Shown here: positions 23,426 to 32,006 of the stretch, one piece after another
Layout of the letters: each line of letters begins with the position of its first letter
How positions within the stretch are numbered: position 1 is the stretch's first letter
Source of the DNA: an uncultured bacterium
GTDB taxonomy: Bacteria > Lernaellota > Lernaellaia > JACKCT01
Direction of reading: 5' to 3'
NCBI GenBank assembly: GCA_964586775.1
Contig: CAZPJD010000225.1
Location: 464 to 64,463 of the forward strand
Length of the DNA: 64,000 bases
Translations under genes and position numbers: made by a program
The notes under the pieces: model-generated
What the model was told of the DNA's origin: nothing
Databases searched by the model: none
The model's input: the letters and a program-made list of their open reading frames with translations, nothing else

Positions 23426-24940
23426 ATGAGTCCGGAAACCACGAAGAGACGCTGGCTCTCGCTGTTCCTGATGTTCGCCGTCGTCGCGGCGGTCGCCGCT
23501 GGCCTGTCGGCTTACGTGCTCACGAGCGTGATGGAGCACAAGCAGGAGGCGAAAAATCCGTTCTTCCGCGTCGTCGAGATCACCGACGACACGGGAGATC
23601 CGGCGATCTGGGGAAAGAACTTCCCGCTGCACTACGATCGCTATCTGCGCACGGCGGACATGGTGCGTACGCGTCGGGGAGGCAGCGAGGCGTTGCCGCA
23701 CACGCCGACCGACGCCGACCCGCGCAGCGTCGTGACGGTGTCGAAGATCGAGGATGACACGCGCCTGAAGCGGATGTGGGCGGGCTACGCGTTTTCCAAG
23801 GACTTTCGCGAAGAGCGCGGCCACGCCTACATGCTCGAAGACCAGATCTACACCGAGCGCCAGAAAGTCGGCCAGCCGGGCACGTGTCTGAACTGCCACG
23901 CGTCGACGTACCTGATCTACAAAGAGCTGGGCAACGGCGACATCATGGCCGGCTTCGACAAGATGAACTCGATGAAATACGACGAGGCCAAGACCTACGC
24001 CAAGCACCCGGTGGCGTGCATCGATTGCCACGACGCGCAGACCATGCAGCTTCGCATCACGCGCCCGGCGTTTATCGAGGGTATCAAGGCGCTCAAGGCG
24101 TCGCAGGGCGTGGCCGACTACGACGTGAACAAGATGGCGACGCGCCAGGAGATGCGGTCGTTCGTGTGCGGCCAGTGCCACGTCGAGTATTACTTCAAGG
24201 GCACCGAGAAGCGCCTGACCTTCCCGTGGCACGAGGGCGTGGGCGGCGAGGACATCCTCGACTACTACAACGAGCAGGGCTTCAAGGACTGGGTGCATGC
24301 CGACACGGGTGCGCCGATGCTCAAGGCGCAGCACCCCGAGTTCGAGATGTGGAACAAGGGCATTCACTCCAAGGCGGGAGTCACGTGCGCCGACTGCCAC
24401 ATGCCCTACATGCGTGAAGGCGCGATGAAGATCAGTGACCACCACGTGCGCAGCCCGCTGCTCAACATCAACAAGTCGTGCGGCACCTGCCACCGCGCCT
24501 CGGAAGAGGAACTCAAGGCGCGCGCCGAGAACATCCAGGAGACATTCTTTGGCCTGCGCAATCAGGCGATGGACGCGCTGATGGATCTGATCGACGACCT
24601 GAAGGCCGCGAAGGACGCGGGGCGGCCCGACGCCGAACTCGCCGCCGCGCGCGAATTGCAGCGCCGCGCGAGCTTCCTGATCGACTTCTGCGAGGCCGAG
24701 AACTCGACGGGCTTCCACGCGCCGCAGGAATCGACGCGCCTGCTCGGCGTGGCGATCAACTACGCCCGCGACGGCCAGCTCTCCGTGCGCGACCCGAATT
24801 ACAAGCCGAAGACCATCGCGGCGCACGAGGCCGCGATGGCGGCGAAGGCCGCGGCGACGCCCGCCGCCGCTCCAGCCGAGAAAAAGGCCGAGGGCCAGAC
24901 GGCCGCCAACGAGAAATCCCCCGGCGCAAGCGCGCTGTAA
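23426..24940 (+). CDS. nrfA: Pentaheme cytochrome c nitrite reductase NrfA (CxxCH variant at heme 1)
   Basis: 504 aa. GGGGAGG RBS. N-terminal anchor/signal. Five heme motifs: CLNCH, CIDCH, CGQCH, CADCH and CGTCH. The RGHAYMLED...QPGTCLNCH context corresponds to the NrfA catalytic heme site. Confidence 0.9.
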   Translation: MSPETTKRRWLSLFLMFAVVAAVAAGLSAYVLTSVMEHKQEAKNPFFRVVEITDDTGDPAIWGKNFPLHYDRYLRTADMVRTRRGGSEALPHTPTDADPRSVVTVSKIEDDTRLKRMWAGYAFSKDFREERGHAYMLEDQIYTERQKVGQPGTCLNCHASTYLIYKELGNGDIMAGFDKMNSMKYDEAKTYAKHPVACIDCHDAQTMQLRITRPAFIEGIKALKASQGVADYDVNKMATRQEMRSFVCGQCHVEYYFKGTEKRLTFPWHEGVGGEDILDYYNEQGFKDWVHADTGAPMLKAQHPEFEMWNKGIHSKAGVTCADCHMPYMREGAMKISDHHVRSPLLNINKSCGTCHRASEEELKARAENIQETFFGLRNQAMDALMDLIDDLKAAKDAGRPDAELAAARELQRRASFLIDFCEAENSTGFHAPQESTRLLGVAINYARDGQLSVRDPNYKPKTIAAHEAAMAAKAAATPAAAPAEKKAEGQTAANEKSPGASAL

Positions 24941-24964
24941 CGAAAGGGACCTCTCCACTGCTGC

Positions 24965-25000
24965 GCGGCGATCGGGAACCCGGTCGCCGCGATTTTTTTT
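24965..25000 (+). terminator. Rho-independent terminator after nrfA
   Basis: GCGGCGATCGGG-aa-CCCGGTCGCCGC stem followed by GATTTTTTTT, 25 nt after the nrfA stop. Confidence 0.7.
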
Positions 25001-25012
25001 ATGGGCGGGGAC

Positions 25013-27862
25013 TCAACAGCCGCAGCCGTCGTCGTCGTCATCGCCGCCGCCGTCCGCCGCCGACGCGTCGTCGTCCGACGTATCGTCGTCCATCGAATCG
25101 TCGTCGGTGATGTCGTCGTCCGCCGTGTCATCGTCGACCGTGTCGTCGTCGTCGGTGTCGTCGTCCAACGTATCGTCATCCGTCGTGTCGTCATCGACGG
25201 TGTCGTCGTCGACGTCGTCATCCGCGTCGTCGTCGGTATCGTCGTCGCCGGGGATCGTGGTCGTCGTGGTCGATGTCGTGGACGTGGTGGTTGCAGTCGT
25301 GGACGTGGTGGTCGTTGTCGGCGTGCCGGTGCTCGGCCATCCCACGACCTCGATGTTGTCGAGGCCCCAGTACTGCGCGTCGAGCCCCGCGTTCTTGTAA
25401 TAGAAACGCACGAAGACCTGCGGATACAGATCGGCTTCGGGCAGGTCGAAGGTCACCGCGCCCTCCTGATCCGCACCCCAGTTCACCAGATTCGTCCACG
25501 TCACCCCGTCGTAGGACCACGCCACCTGCGCGCGGTCGAGCAGGCCGTGCCGATACTCGTGCCGGAAACGCAGTTCGATGCCCTCGTGGTGCGAGCAGTC
25601 GAGCGCGGGCGTGATGAGCTGTTCGTCGAGACGCTGGAACTCGCCCGTCGTCTCCTTATCCGCGGCGACGAAGCGGTCCATCCAATGCGGCGAGCTGCGC
25701 GATCCCGCGTTGTCGCTGTTCCACGTCACGGTGTTCGATCCGCCGTCCACGATCTGCCAGGGACGCGGCTCGAGATCGAAGTTGTCGAAGAAGATGCGGT
25801 CGGGCCCGGTGGGCGACGCGGTCACCTCCACCGTGTTGCCGTCGCAGTTGCCGAAGGGATCGCACGCGCGCACCACGTAGTACCAATCCGCGCCGTTGGG
25901 CGCCCATTGATCGAGCCAGGGCGACTCGGTCGCGGTGTCGATGGGGTCGTCGAAATCCTGAGCCCCGGACGCGTCCGCGCGGTAGATGCTGTAGACCACC
26001 ACGCCCGTGTCGGCCGCGGGATCCCACGTGATCTCGGCCTCGTTGTCGAGGCCCGTCGCGCCGGTCGCGCCCGCGAATGTCGGCGCGGCGCAGTCGGCGC
26101 TTGCGATTTTCGTCTCGACGACGTTGATGCCGCCCTCGCCGTCGTTGGCGTCGGTGTAGGTGACCGTGATCGTGTCGCCGTTCGCGAGTTGCAGCACGCC
26201 GTCGGCCGCGGGCGCGCCGGTCGCGGTGGCGATCTGGCCGCGGAAGAGGCCGTCCACTTCCGCGTCCTCGGTCAGGGCGAGCGTCTCGCCGCCAGGCTCG
26301 GTCGTGCTCTTCACGTTCACGTTCAGCGTGCCCGACAGATCGCCCTCGGTCACGGTGACGCGCACGACGTCGTCGCACGAGTACAGCGCACGGTCGATGG
26401 AGAGCGTCGCGTTCGACGTGACCATCTCGGCGAGCAGCCACCAGTACGCCTCGACCACGTCGATGCGCCCGCGCCCGTAGACGTTGTCCTCGCCGGCCGC
26501 GCCCAGATCGACGGCGGTCTCGTAGAGCGCCATCTTCACCTGCTCCACCGTCGCCTCGGGAAAAGCGCCGCGCAGCAGGATCGCCGCGCCGGTCACCGCG
26601 GGCGTGGCCATCGAGGTGCCGCTCATGGTGCTGTAGTTGTTGCCCGGCACCGACGACATGACGTTGTCGCCGATCGCCGAAACCTCGGGCTTGAGCGTCA
26701 GATTGTCGCAGCGCGACGGCCCGCGCGACGAAAAACTCGTGATCGTCGTGTTGTCCTGCTTGAGCGCGCCCACCGCAAAGGTGTTGAGCGACGTCGTGAT
26801 GCGATTCCCCGGCGAACGCAGCGATTTCGCCGTGGGTCCCTCGTTGCCCGCCGCGAAGAGCACCACCACGCCCGCGGCCTCGGCCGCGTCGATCGCCGCG
26901 TAAAAGTCGTTCGCGCACGACGGATTCGGGATGCCCCACGAGTTGTTCACCGCGTCGGGCACGTCGTCCACCGTGCCGGGGTTGCCGTCGGGATCCGCCA
27001 TCCACTCGAACGCGCCGATCGCGTCGCTGTAGATGTTGCCGCCGGGTACGTCGATCGTCTTCGCGCCGATCCACTTCGCGCCCGGGGCCATGCCGATCTG
27101 GTGCCCCGCGCCGTCGTCGCCCAGGATCGTGCCGAGGGTGTGCGTGCCGTGCGAGCCGGAGTCCGTCGGGAAGGTCTCGCTGCCGACGGGATCGAACCAC
27201 GCGTGCTCGGGCAGCACGCCGCCGTCGAGCCCGCGCCACCGATCGGCGAACGCGGGGTGCGTGGCATCCGCGCCCGTGTCCTGATCGCAGGCCAGCGCGC
27301 CCGTGCCGTCGTAGCCCATCGCCCACAGCTCCGGCGCGCGCGACGCCGTGATGCTGCCCAATATGCCCGTGGCCACGTCATCGGCGGCGATCGCGTCGCC
27401 CACGGCGACCGGTTCGATCAGCTCCAGCGGCGGATCGAGATAGACATTCGCGATGTCGCGCCGCGCGCGCAGCGTTTCGATGTACGCCGCGTCGGCCTCG
27501 ATCGCGACCGCGTTGGCGATCCAGAATGGACGCACCCGGCGCACCGCCGCCCCCGCGCCCGCGAGCGTGCCCAACAGCGCGCCCTGCGTGGACGCGGCCA
27601 TGTCCTGCAATTCCTCGATGACGAGCGCGTGGCGCTGCGCCCGGGTCAGGCGCGCGTCGTCCATGAACGCGGTGAGCGCGGCCAGATCCACCGATTCGGC
27701 CATCGTGAGGTAGATGTTCAGCGTTTCGCCGGGCGCGGCGGCGGCCAGCACGTCCTCGAGCGCGTCGTCGAAACGCGCGGCGTTCGCGACGGAGGGCGAA
27801 ATCGCGAGAAGAATCAGCAGAGCGACAAAGGAAACATGGCGGGAAAAACGCAACGTGGACAT
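25013..27862 (-). CDS. Secreted subtilisin-like (S8) serine protease with MAM-like C-terminal domain, Thr-rich and Asp-rich tail ending GCGC
   Basis: Signal peptide MSTLRFSRHVSFVALLILLAISPSVANA, with GGGAG RBS (track alternative start 27874). Catalytic triad contexts DQDTGAD, GSHGTHTLG and GTSMATPAVTG. Tail is T-rich, then (DDDx)n, then GGGDDDDDGCGC-stop. Confidence 0.85.
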   Translation of the reverse strand: MSTLRFSRHVSFVALLILLAISPSVANAARFDDALEDVLAAAAPGETLNIYLTMAESVDLAALTAFMDDARLTRAQRHALVIEELQDMAASTQGALLGTLAGAGAAVRRVRPFWIANAVAIEADAAYIETLRARRDIANVYLDPPLELIEPVAVGDAIAADDVATGILGSITASRAPELWAMGYDGTGALACDQDTGADATHPAFADRWRGLDGGVLPEHAWFDPVGSETFPTDSGSHGTHTLGTILGDDGAGHQIGMAPGAKWIGAKTIDVPGGNIYSDAIGAFEWMADPDGNPGTVDDVPDAVNNSWGIPNPSCANDFYAAIDAAEAAGVVVLFAAGNEGPTAKSLRSPGNRITTSLNTFAVGALKQDNTTITSFSSRGPSRCDNLTLKPEVSAIGDNVMSSVPGNNYSTMSGTSMATPAVTGAAILLRGAFPEATVEQVKMALYETAVDLGAAGEDNVYGRGRIDVVEAYWWLLAEMVTSNATLSIDRALYSCDDVVRVTVTEGDLSGTLNVNVKSTTEPGGETLALTEDAEVDGLFRGQIATATGAPAADGVLQLANGDTITVTYTDANDGEGGINVVETKIASADCAAPTFAGATGATGLDNEAEITWDPAADTGVVVYSIYRADASGAQDFDDPIDTATESPWLDQWAPNGADWYYVVRACDPFGNCDGNTVEVTASPTGPDRIFFDNFDLEPRPWQIVDGGSNTVTWNSDNAGSRSSPHWMDRFVAADKETTGEFQRLDEQLITPALDCSHHEGIELRFRHEYRHGLLDRAQVAWSYDGVTWTNLVNWGADQEGAVTFDLPEADLYPQVFVRFYYKNAGLDAQYWGLDNIEVVGWPSTGTPTTTTTSTTATTTSTTSTTTTTIPGDDDTDDDADDDVDDDTVDDDTTDDDTLDDDTDDDDTVDDDTADDDITDDDSMDDDTSDDDASAADGGGDDDDDGCGC

Positions 27863-27967
27863 GGCAACTCCCATCGGGACCGGACCCGGCGGGATTCTAG
27901 CGCAATTCGCGGCGGAATTGCAGGGAGGTTGAGGGCGATTTGGTAGCGTGTCAGCGCAGTTCGACGC

Positions 27968-28231
27968 TCACGCGCTTGTCCGCGGCCGTAGCGGAATGAA
28001 GACGACCTCGGACTGCGCGCCGACTTCGGGCTTTTTGGAATGCGGAGGCGGAGCGAGCCCGCGCTCAAACTCGACGATCAGGGTCTCGTTGAGCGCGTCT
28101 TCGGCCATCTCCACGGCGTGCTCGCGCGTTTCGCCGAACGTGTTGATGTGCGGATGGTCGGGAAAAGAGACGATCACCGTTCCGCTTCGCCGGTCTTTCT
28201 TCAGGATCGCGAAGTATCCATCGTTGTCCAT
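27968..28231 (-). CDS. HicB-like antitoxin-domain protein (orphan)
   Basis: 87 aa. YFAILKKDRRSGTVIVSFPDHPHINTFGETREHAVEMAEDALNETL matches the HicB N-terminal fold pattern. No HicA-sized ORF is adjacent. Confidence 0.55.
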   Translation of the reverse strand: MDNDGYFAILKKDRRSGTVIVSFPDHPHINTFGETREHAVEMAEDALNETLIVEFERGLAPPPHSKKPEVGAQSEVVFIPLRPRTSA

Positions 28232-28244
28232 CGCTCACTGATTC

Positions 28245-29897
28245 CTACATCGCCTCGGGCGCGGCGATGCCGAGAATGGCGAGCGCGTTCGCCGTCGCCT
28301 GTTTCACCGCGGCGCATAGCGCCAGGCGCGCGGCGGTGAGGGCCGCGTCGTCGGTCAGGATGCGGTGCTGGAAGTAGTAGGGGTGGAAGAGCCCGGCGAG
28401 CTCGGACAGGTAAACGGTGAGCCGGTGCGGCTCGCGCCCCTGCGCCGACTGCGTGACGATGTTCGGCAGCTCGGCGAGGCGCTGCGCGATCTCGAGTTCC
28501 TGGGGCGCGGCGAGTTTCGCGAAGTCCACGTCCGCCGCGCGGGGAATCGCCACGCCGGCCTCGGCGGCCTTGGCGAAGATGGAGCAGATGCGCGCATGCA
28601 TATACTGCACGTAAAAGACCGGGTTCTTGTTCGACTGTTCCTTGGCGAGATCGACATCGAAGTCGAGCTGCGCGTCGTAGCGGCGCATGAGGAAGAACCA
28701 GCGCGTGGCGTCGCGGCCGACCTCTTCGCGCAATTCCTGCAACGTGTAGAACTCGCCCGCCCGGGTGGACATGCTCACGCGCTCGCCGCCGCGCATCAGG
28801 CTCACCATCTGGATCAGCAGCACCGACAGCGCGTTCGGATCGAGGCCGAGCGACGCGATCGCCGCCTTCATCCGCGCCACGTAGCCGTGGTGATCGGCGC
28901 CCCAGATGTCGATCAGCTCGTCGAAGCCGCGCGCGATCTTGTCGGCGTGATACGCCACGTCGCCCGCGAGATAGGTCTTTTCGCCGTTGCTCTTGACGAG
29001 CACGCGGTTTTTCTCGTCGCCGAAACGCATGGTGTCGAGCCATAGCGCGCCGTCGTCGTCGAACGCGAATCCGCCCTCGCGCAGCGTGCGCAGCGTGGCA
29101 TCCACCGTGCCCGCGTCGTAGAGCGTCTTCTCCGAAAAACAGCGGTCGAAACGCACCCCGAGGGCTTCGAGGTCGTCGAGAATTTCGCGCAGGATGCGCC
29201 CGCCGGTCCACAGCGAGATCTCGGGGATGTCGGCCTCGGTCACGCCGTCGCCGCGCTCGGCGCGCAGGGCGCGGGCGTGGTCGATCATGTAATCGCCCTG
29301 ATAGAGCCCCTGCTCCAGCGGCCCGGTCTTTCCCTCGATGAGCTGCCGGTAACGCAGAACCGTCGAACGCCCGAGGGTCTGGATCTGCAGGCCAGCGTCG
29401 TTGACGTAGTACTCGCGTTCGACCGCGAATCCCGCCGCGGCGATCAGGTTGGCGAGCGCGTCGCCCACCACCGCCCCGCGCCCGTGGCCGATGTGCAGAG
29501 GGCCCGTGGGATTGGCCGAGACGAACTCCACCAGCACGCGCTTCCCCGCGCCCGCCGTCGTGCGGCCGAAGTTCGCGCCCTCGGCCTCGATGCGACGCAC
29601 CACCTCGAAGACGCTCGCGGTGTTGACGAAGAGATTGATGAAGCCCGGCCCGGCGATCTCGCAGCGGCGCACCAGCCCGTCGGCGTCGCCGAGTTCTTCG
29701 ACGAGGGCGGTCGCGATTTCGCGGGGATTTTTCCCGACGGCTTTGGCGAACATCATCGCCACGTTGGTGGCATAGTCGCCGTGGTCGGCGTGCTTGGGGA
29801 TGGTGAGCTGCACGTCGGGGACGCGCGCGTCCGTGCCCCACTTCGTCGCCGCGCGCCCGAGCGCCTCGCCGATCCTCGCCGCCAGTTGCTCCTTCAT
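28245..29897 (-). CDS. argS: Arginine--tRNA ligase
   Basis: Class I HIGH motif (ANPTGPLHIGHGRG) and SMSTRAGEF (the KMSKS equivalent in ArgS). C-terminal anticodon-binding domain ends in M. ATG at 29897 with GGAG upstream; the track start at 29915 is TTG. Confidence 0.9.
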   Translation of the reverse strand: MKEQLAARIGEALGRAATKWGTDARVPDVQLTIPKHADHGDYATNVAMMFAKAVGKNPREIATALVEELGDADGLVRRCEIAGPGFINLFVNTASVFEVVRRIEAEGANFGRTTAGAGKRVLVEFVSANPTGPLHIGHGRGAVVGDALANLIAAAGFAVEREYYVNDAGLQIQTLGRSTVLRYRQLIEGKTGPLEQGLYQGDYMIDHARALRAERGDGVTEADIPEISLWTGGRILREILDDLEALGVRFDRCFSEKTLYDAGTVDATLRTLREGGFAFDDDGALWLDTMRFGDEKNRVLVKSNGEKTYLAGDVAYHADKIARGFDELIDIWGADHHGYVARMKAAIASLGLDPNALSVLLIQMVSLMRGGERVSMSTRAGEFYTLQELREEVGRDATRWFFLMRRYDAQLDFDVDLAKEQSNKNPVFYVQYMHARICSIFAKAAEAGVAIPRAADVDFAKLAAPQELEIAQRLAELPNIVTQSAQGREPHRLTVYLSELAGLFHPYYFQHRILTDDAALTAARLALCAAVKQATANALAILGIAAPEAM

Positions 29898-29978
29898 CGT
29901 TCGTTCTCGCTCCAAATATTGTTTCTCGACCGCGCGATCGTCGCGGCCCTCATAACACGGTGTTCGAGACCAGACCCG

Positions 29979-31547
29979 CTAGCACCCGCATCCGTCGTCG
30001 TCGTCATCGTCGTCGTCGTCGCCGTACGCGGGGATGTCGGTGGACGTGTCGTCGTCACCGGAATCGTCATCCGCCGTATCGTCATCCGCGGTGTCGTCGT
30101 CGGAATCGTCGTCCGCCGTATCGTCGTCGCTATCGTCGTCGCTGTCGTCATCGGTGTCGTCATCGTCGGGTTCGATCAGATCGTCGTCGCCGAAGGGTCC
30201 GCCGCCGGGCAGGATGCCGTAGTACACGCCCATCCAGTAGCCGACGAGGTAGTCCATACCCGGGCCCACATAGCGCTGGTCCTCGCCGTGGTTGCAGCCC
30301 GTCTCGAAGGGCGTCGACTGCCAATACATGTCGGTCCAGTGCCGGTCGTCCAGCTCGCGCGCCTCGGCGGTGATCGGGTCGATGTTGATGAGATCGTTCA
30401 GCCACGGGTACTGGTTGCCCAGCTCGTCGAGCAGCACCGACAGCGGATCGAGCGGCATGTCCGAGCACGTGCGCGCGCGGCGGTAGCTCGGCGCGTCCCA
30501 ATATCGGCCCAACGTGTTGAAGTGGTCGTCCTCGATCCAGTCGTAATCGTCTTCCACGCAATTGCCGAGACGCAGGCAGCCGGTCACGTGCGTCGAATCG
30601 AACCAGGGGTTGTGCGTTCGTTCCACATAGGGGCGGTTGTAGGTCATCCACAGATCGTAGAGTTCCTCGAGCCGCTCGCGATCCGGCCACAGGCGAAACA
30701 CCGCCTGAAAATCCAAATGACGCAGGTTGTTGCCGTAGTACTCGGTGTACTTGTTGTATCCGGCCCAGATGTCCACCGCGAGCACGGGCCGCCACAGGTT
30801 GTACTGCTGGTCGAGCAGTTCCCAAATCTCGGGTGTGTCGATCACGTACGCGGCCTGCACGAGCCACGCGATGCGCTTCATCGGGCCGATCCACGCCGCG
30901 CCGTTGCCCGTGTATTCGCCGTTCTGGTCGGTGATGTTCCAGTCGTTCGTCGTGAGCATCTCGATCACGTCGATGATGTCGTCGCGGATGCCCGCGCGCA
31001 CGTCCTCGTGCTCGGCGAGTCCTTCGAGCGCCTGATACGAGAGCACCATGCCCCACCACCAGCCGCTGTATTGGTCGCGGCTCGTGTGATCGACCCAGTA
31101 GAGCCCCGCGAACTCGCCCTCGCCGTGATTTTTCCAGTCGTTGTCATCGCCCTGGCCGCAGTTCCACGGGGCGATGTCCTCGCCCGCGAAGCGAGCGATG
31201 TAGCCCAGCGTCTGCGTGATCGCCATGGCGGTGCGCATGTATTCGACCACGCGCAGCACCTCGTCGAGCGCGCCCTCGTCGCCCGTGGCCATGTAGCGCA
31301 GCGCCTCGGCGCCCAGGTACATGCCCGTCCAGATCATGCTGTCGCCCTGATGGTGCAGGCAGCCGATCTCGGTACGCGTCTCGTCGGTGAACTCGACCGC
31401 GCCGGTGAGCGCACCGAGGCTTCCGTTGTGCCAGGTCTCGATCCACTCCTGATACGCCTCGGCTTTGGCGTGCAGATCGGGATCGAAATCGGCCCACGCG
31501 GGGGAAACCGCGAGACAAATCGTCAGAATCAACAGCGCGCGTCGCAT
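29979..31547 (-). CDS. Secreted protein of unknown function with C-terminal poly-Asp tail ending GCGC
   Basis: 522 aa. Signal peptide MRRALLILTICLAVSPAWA. Trp/Tyr-rich helical body. 70-aa tail GDDDLIEPDDDDTDDDSDDD...YGDDDDDDDDDGCGC-stop. Confidence 0.7.
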   Translation of the reverse strand: MRRALLILTICLAVSPAWADFDPDLHAKAEAYQEWIETWHNGSLGALTGAVEFTDETRTEIGCLHHQGDSMIWTGMYLGAEALRYMATGDEGALDEVLRVVEYMRTAMAITQTLGYIARFAGEDIAPWNCGQGDDNDWKNHGEGEFAGLYWVDHTSRDQYSGWWWGMVLSYQALEGLAEHEDVRAGIRDDIIDVIEMLTTNDWNITDQNGEYTGNGAAWIGPMKRIAWLVQAAYVIDTPEIWELLDQQYNLWRPVLAVDIWAGYNKYTEYYGNNLRHLDFQAVFRLWPDRERLEELYDLWMTYNRPYVERTHNPWFDSTHVTGCLRLGNCVEDDYDWIEDDHFNTLGRYWDAPSYRRARTCSDMPLDPLSVLLDELGNQYPWLNDLINIDPITAEARELDDRHWTDMYWQSTPFETGCNHGEDQRYVGPGMDYLVGYWMGVYYGILPGGGPFGDDDLIEPDDDDTDDDSDDDSDDDTADDDSDDDTADDDTADDDSGDDDTSTDIPAYGDDDDDDDDDGCGC

Positions 31548-31578
31548 CGTTCACCTCGCGAAAAGGGGTCTCGCCATG

Positions 31579-31917
31579 TCACGGCAGGCCCGGAAAGTTC
31601 TCGACGAACTGGATCTTGAGATCGGGGAAGGAATCGACGTACTGCACCTTCAGGTCCGGGAAGTTTTCGACGAACTGCCACTTGCCGCACGCATCGGGGA
31701 AGTGCTCGACGTGCTTGACCTTCAGGTCGGGGAACGACTGCACCGTCTGGATCTTGATGTCGGGGAAATTCGAGACGATCTTGACCTTGCCGTAGAGCTT
31801 GAAGCCCTTGAACGTGCAGTCGGGTCCGACCTTCTTGTCCGACGAACCCGCCGACGACGCGACCAGCGACAGCGCAATCGCGACGATCACCAGACGAACG
31901 AAAGACGGGGTGCGCAT
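31579..31917 (-). CDS. Small secreted protein made of six 11-residue K(V/I)xxVxxFPD(L/I) repeats
   Basis: 112 aa. Signal peptide MRTPSFVRLVIVAIALSLVASSAG. 33-nt periodicity is visible in the DNA. Only the 3' 112 codons of track ORF 31579-32658 are used; ATG at 31915-31917. Confidence 0.7.
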   Translation of the reverse strand: MRTPSFVRLVIVAIALSLVASSAGSSDKKVGPDCTFKGFKLYGKVKIVSNFPDIKIQTVQSFPDLKVKHVEHFPDACGKWQFVENFPDLKVQYVDSFPDLKIQFVENFPGLP

Positions 31918-32006
31918 GCTCCTCCCTCCCAAGGCGAGCGGGAGTTTTCCAGAACGCGAAGCGAATGTCCATGCAAAGCGCGTGAAAAGAGCGAAGGAAG
32001 AGGGAA

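Noticed and set aside
25001-27946. 981-aa plus-strand ORF, plus the Ser/Val-rich ORFs at 25107-25400
   Set aside because: These are antisense to the S8 protease gene, whose catalytic triad is intact. The poly-V, poly-S and poly-R runs are simply the reverse-complement reading of the GAC/GAT (Asp) tract.
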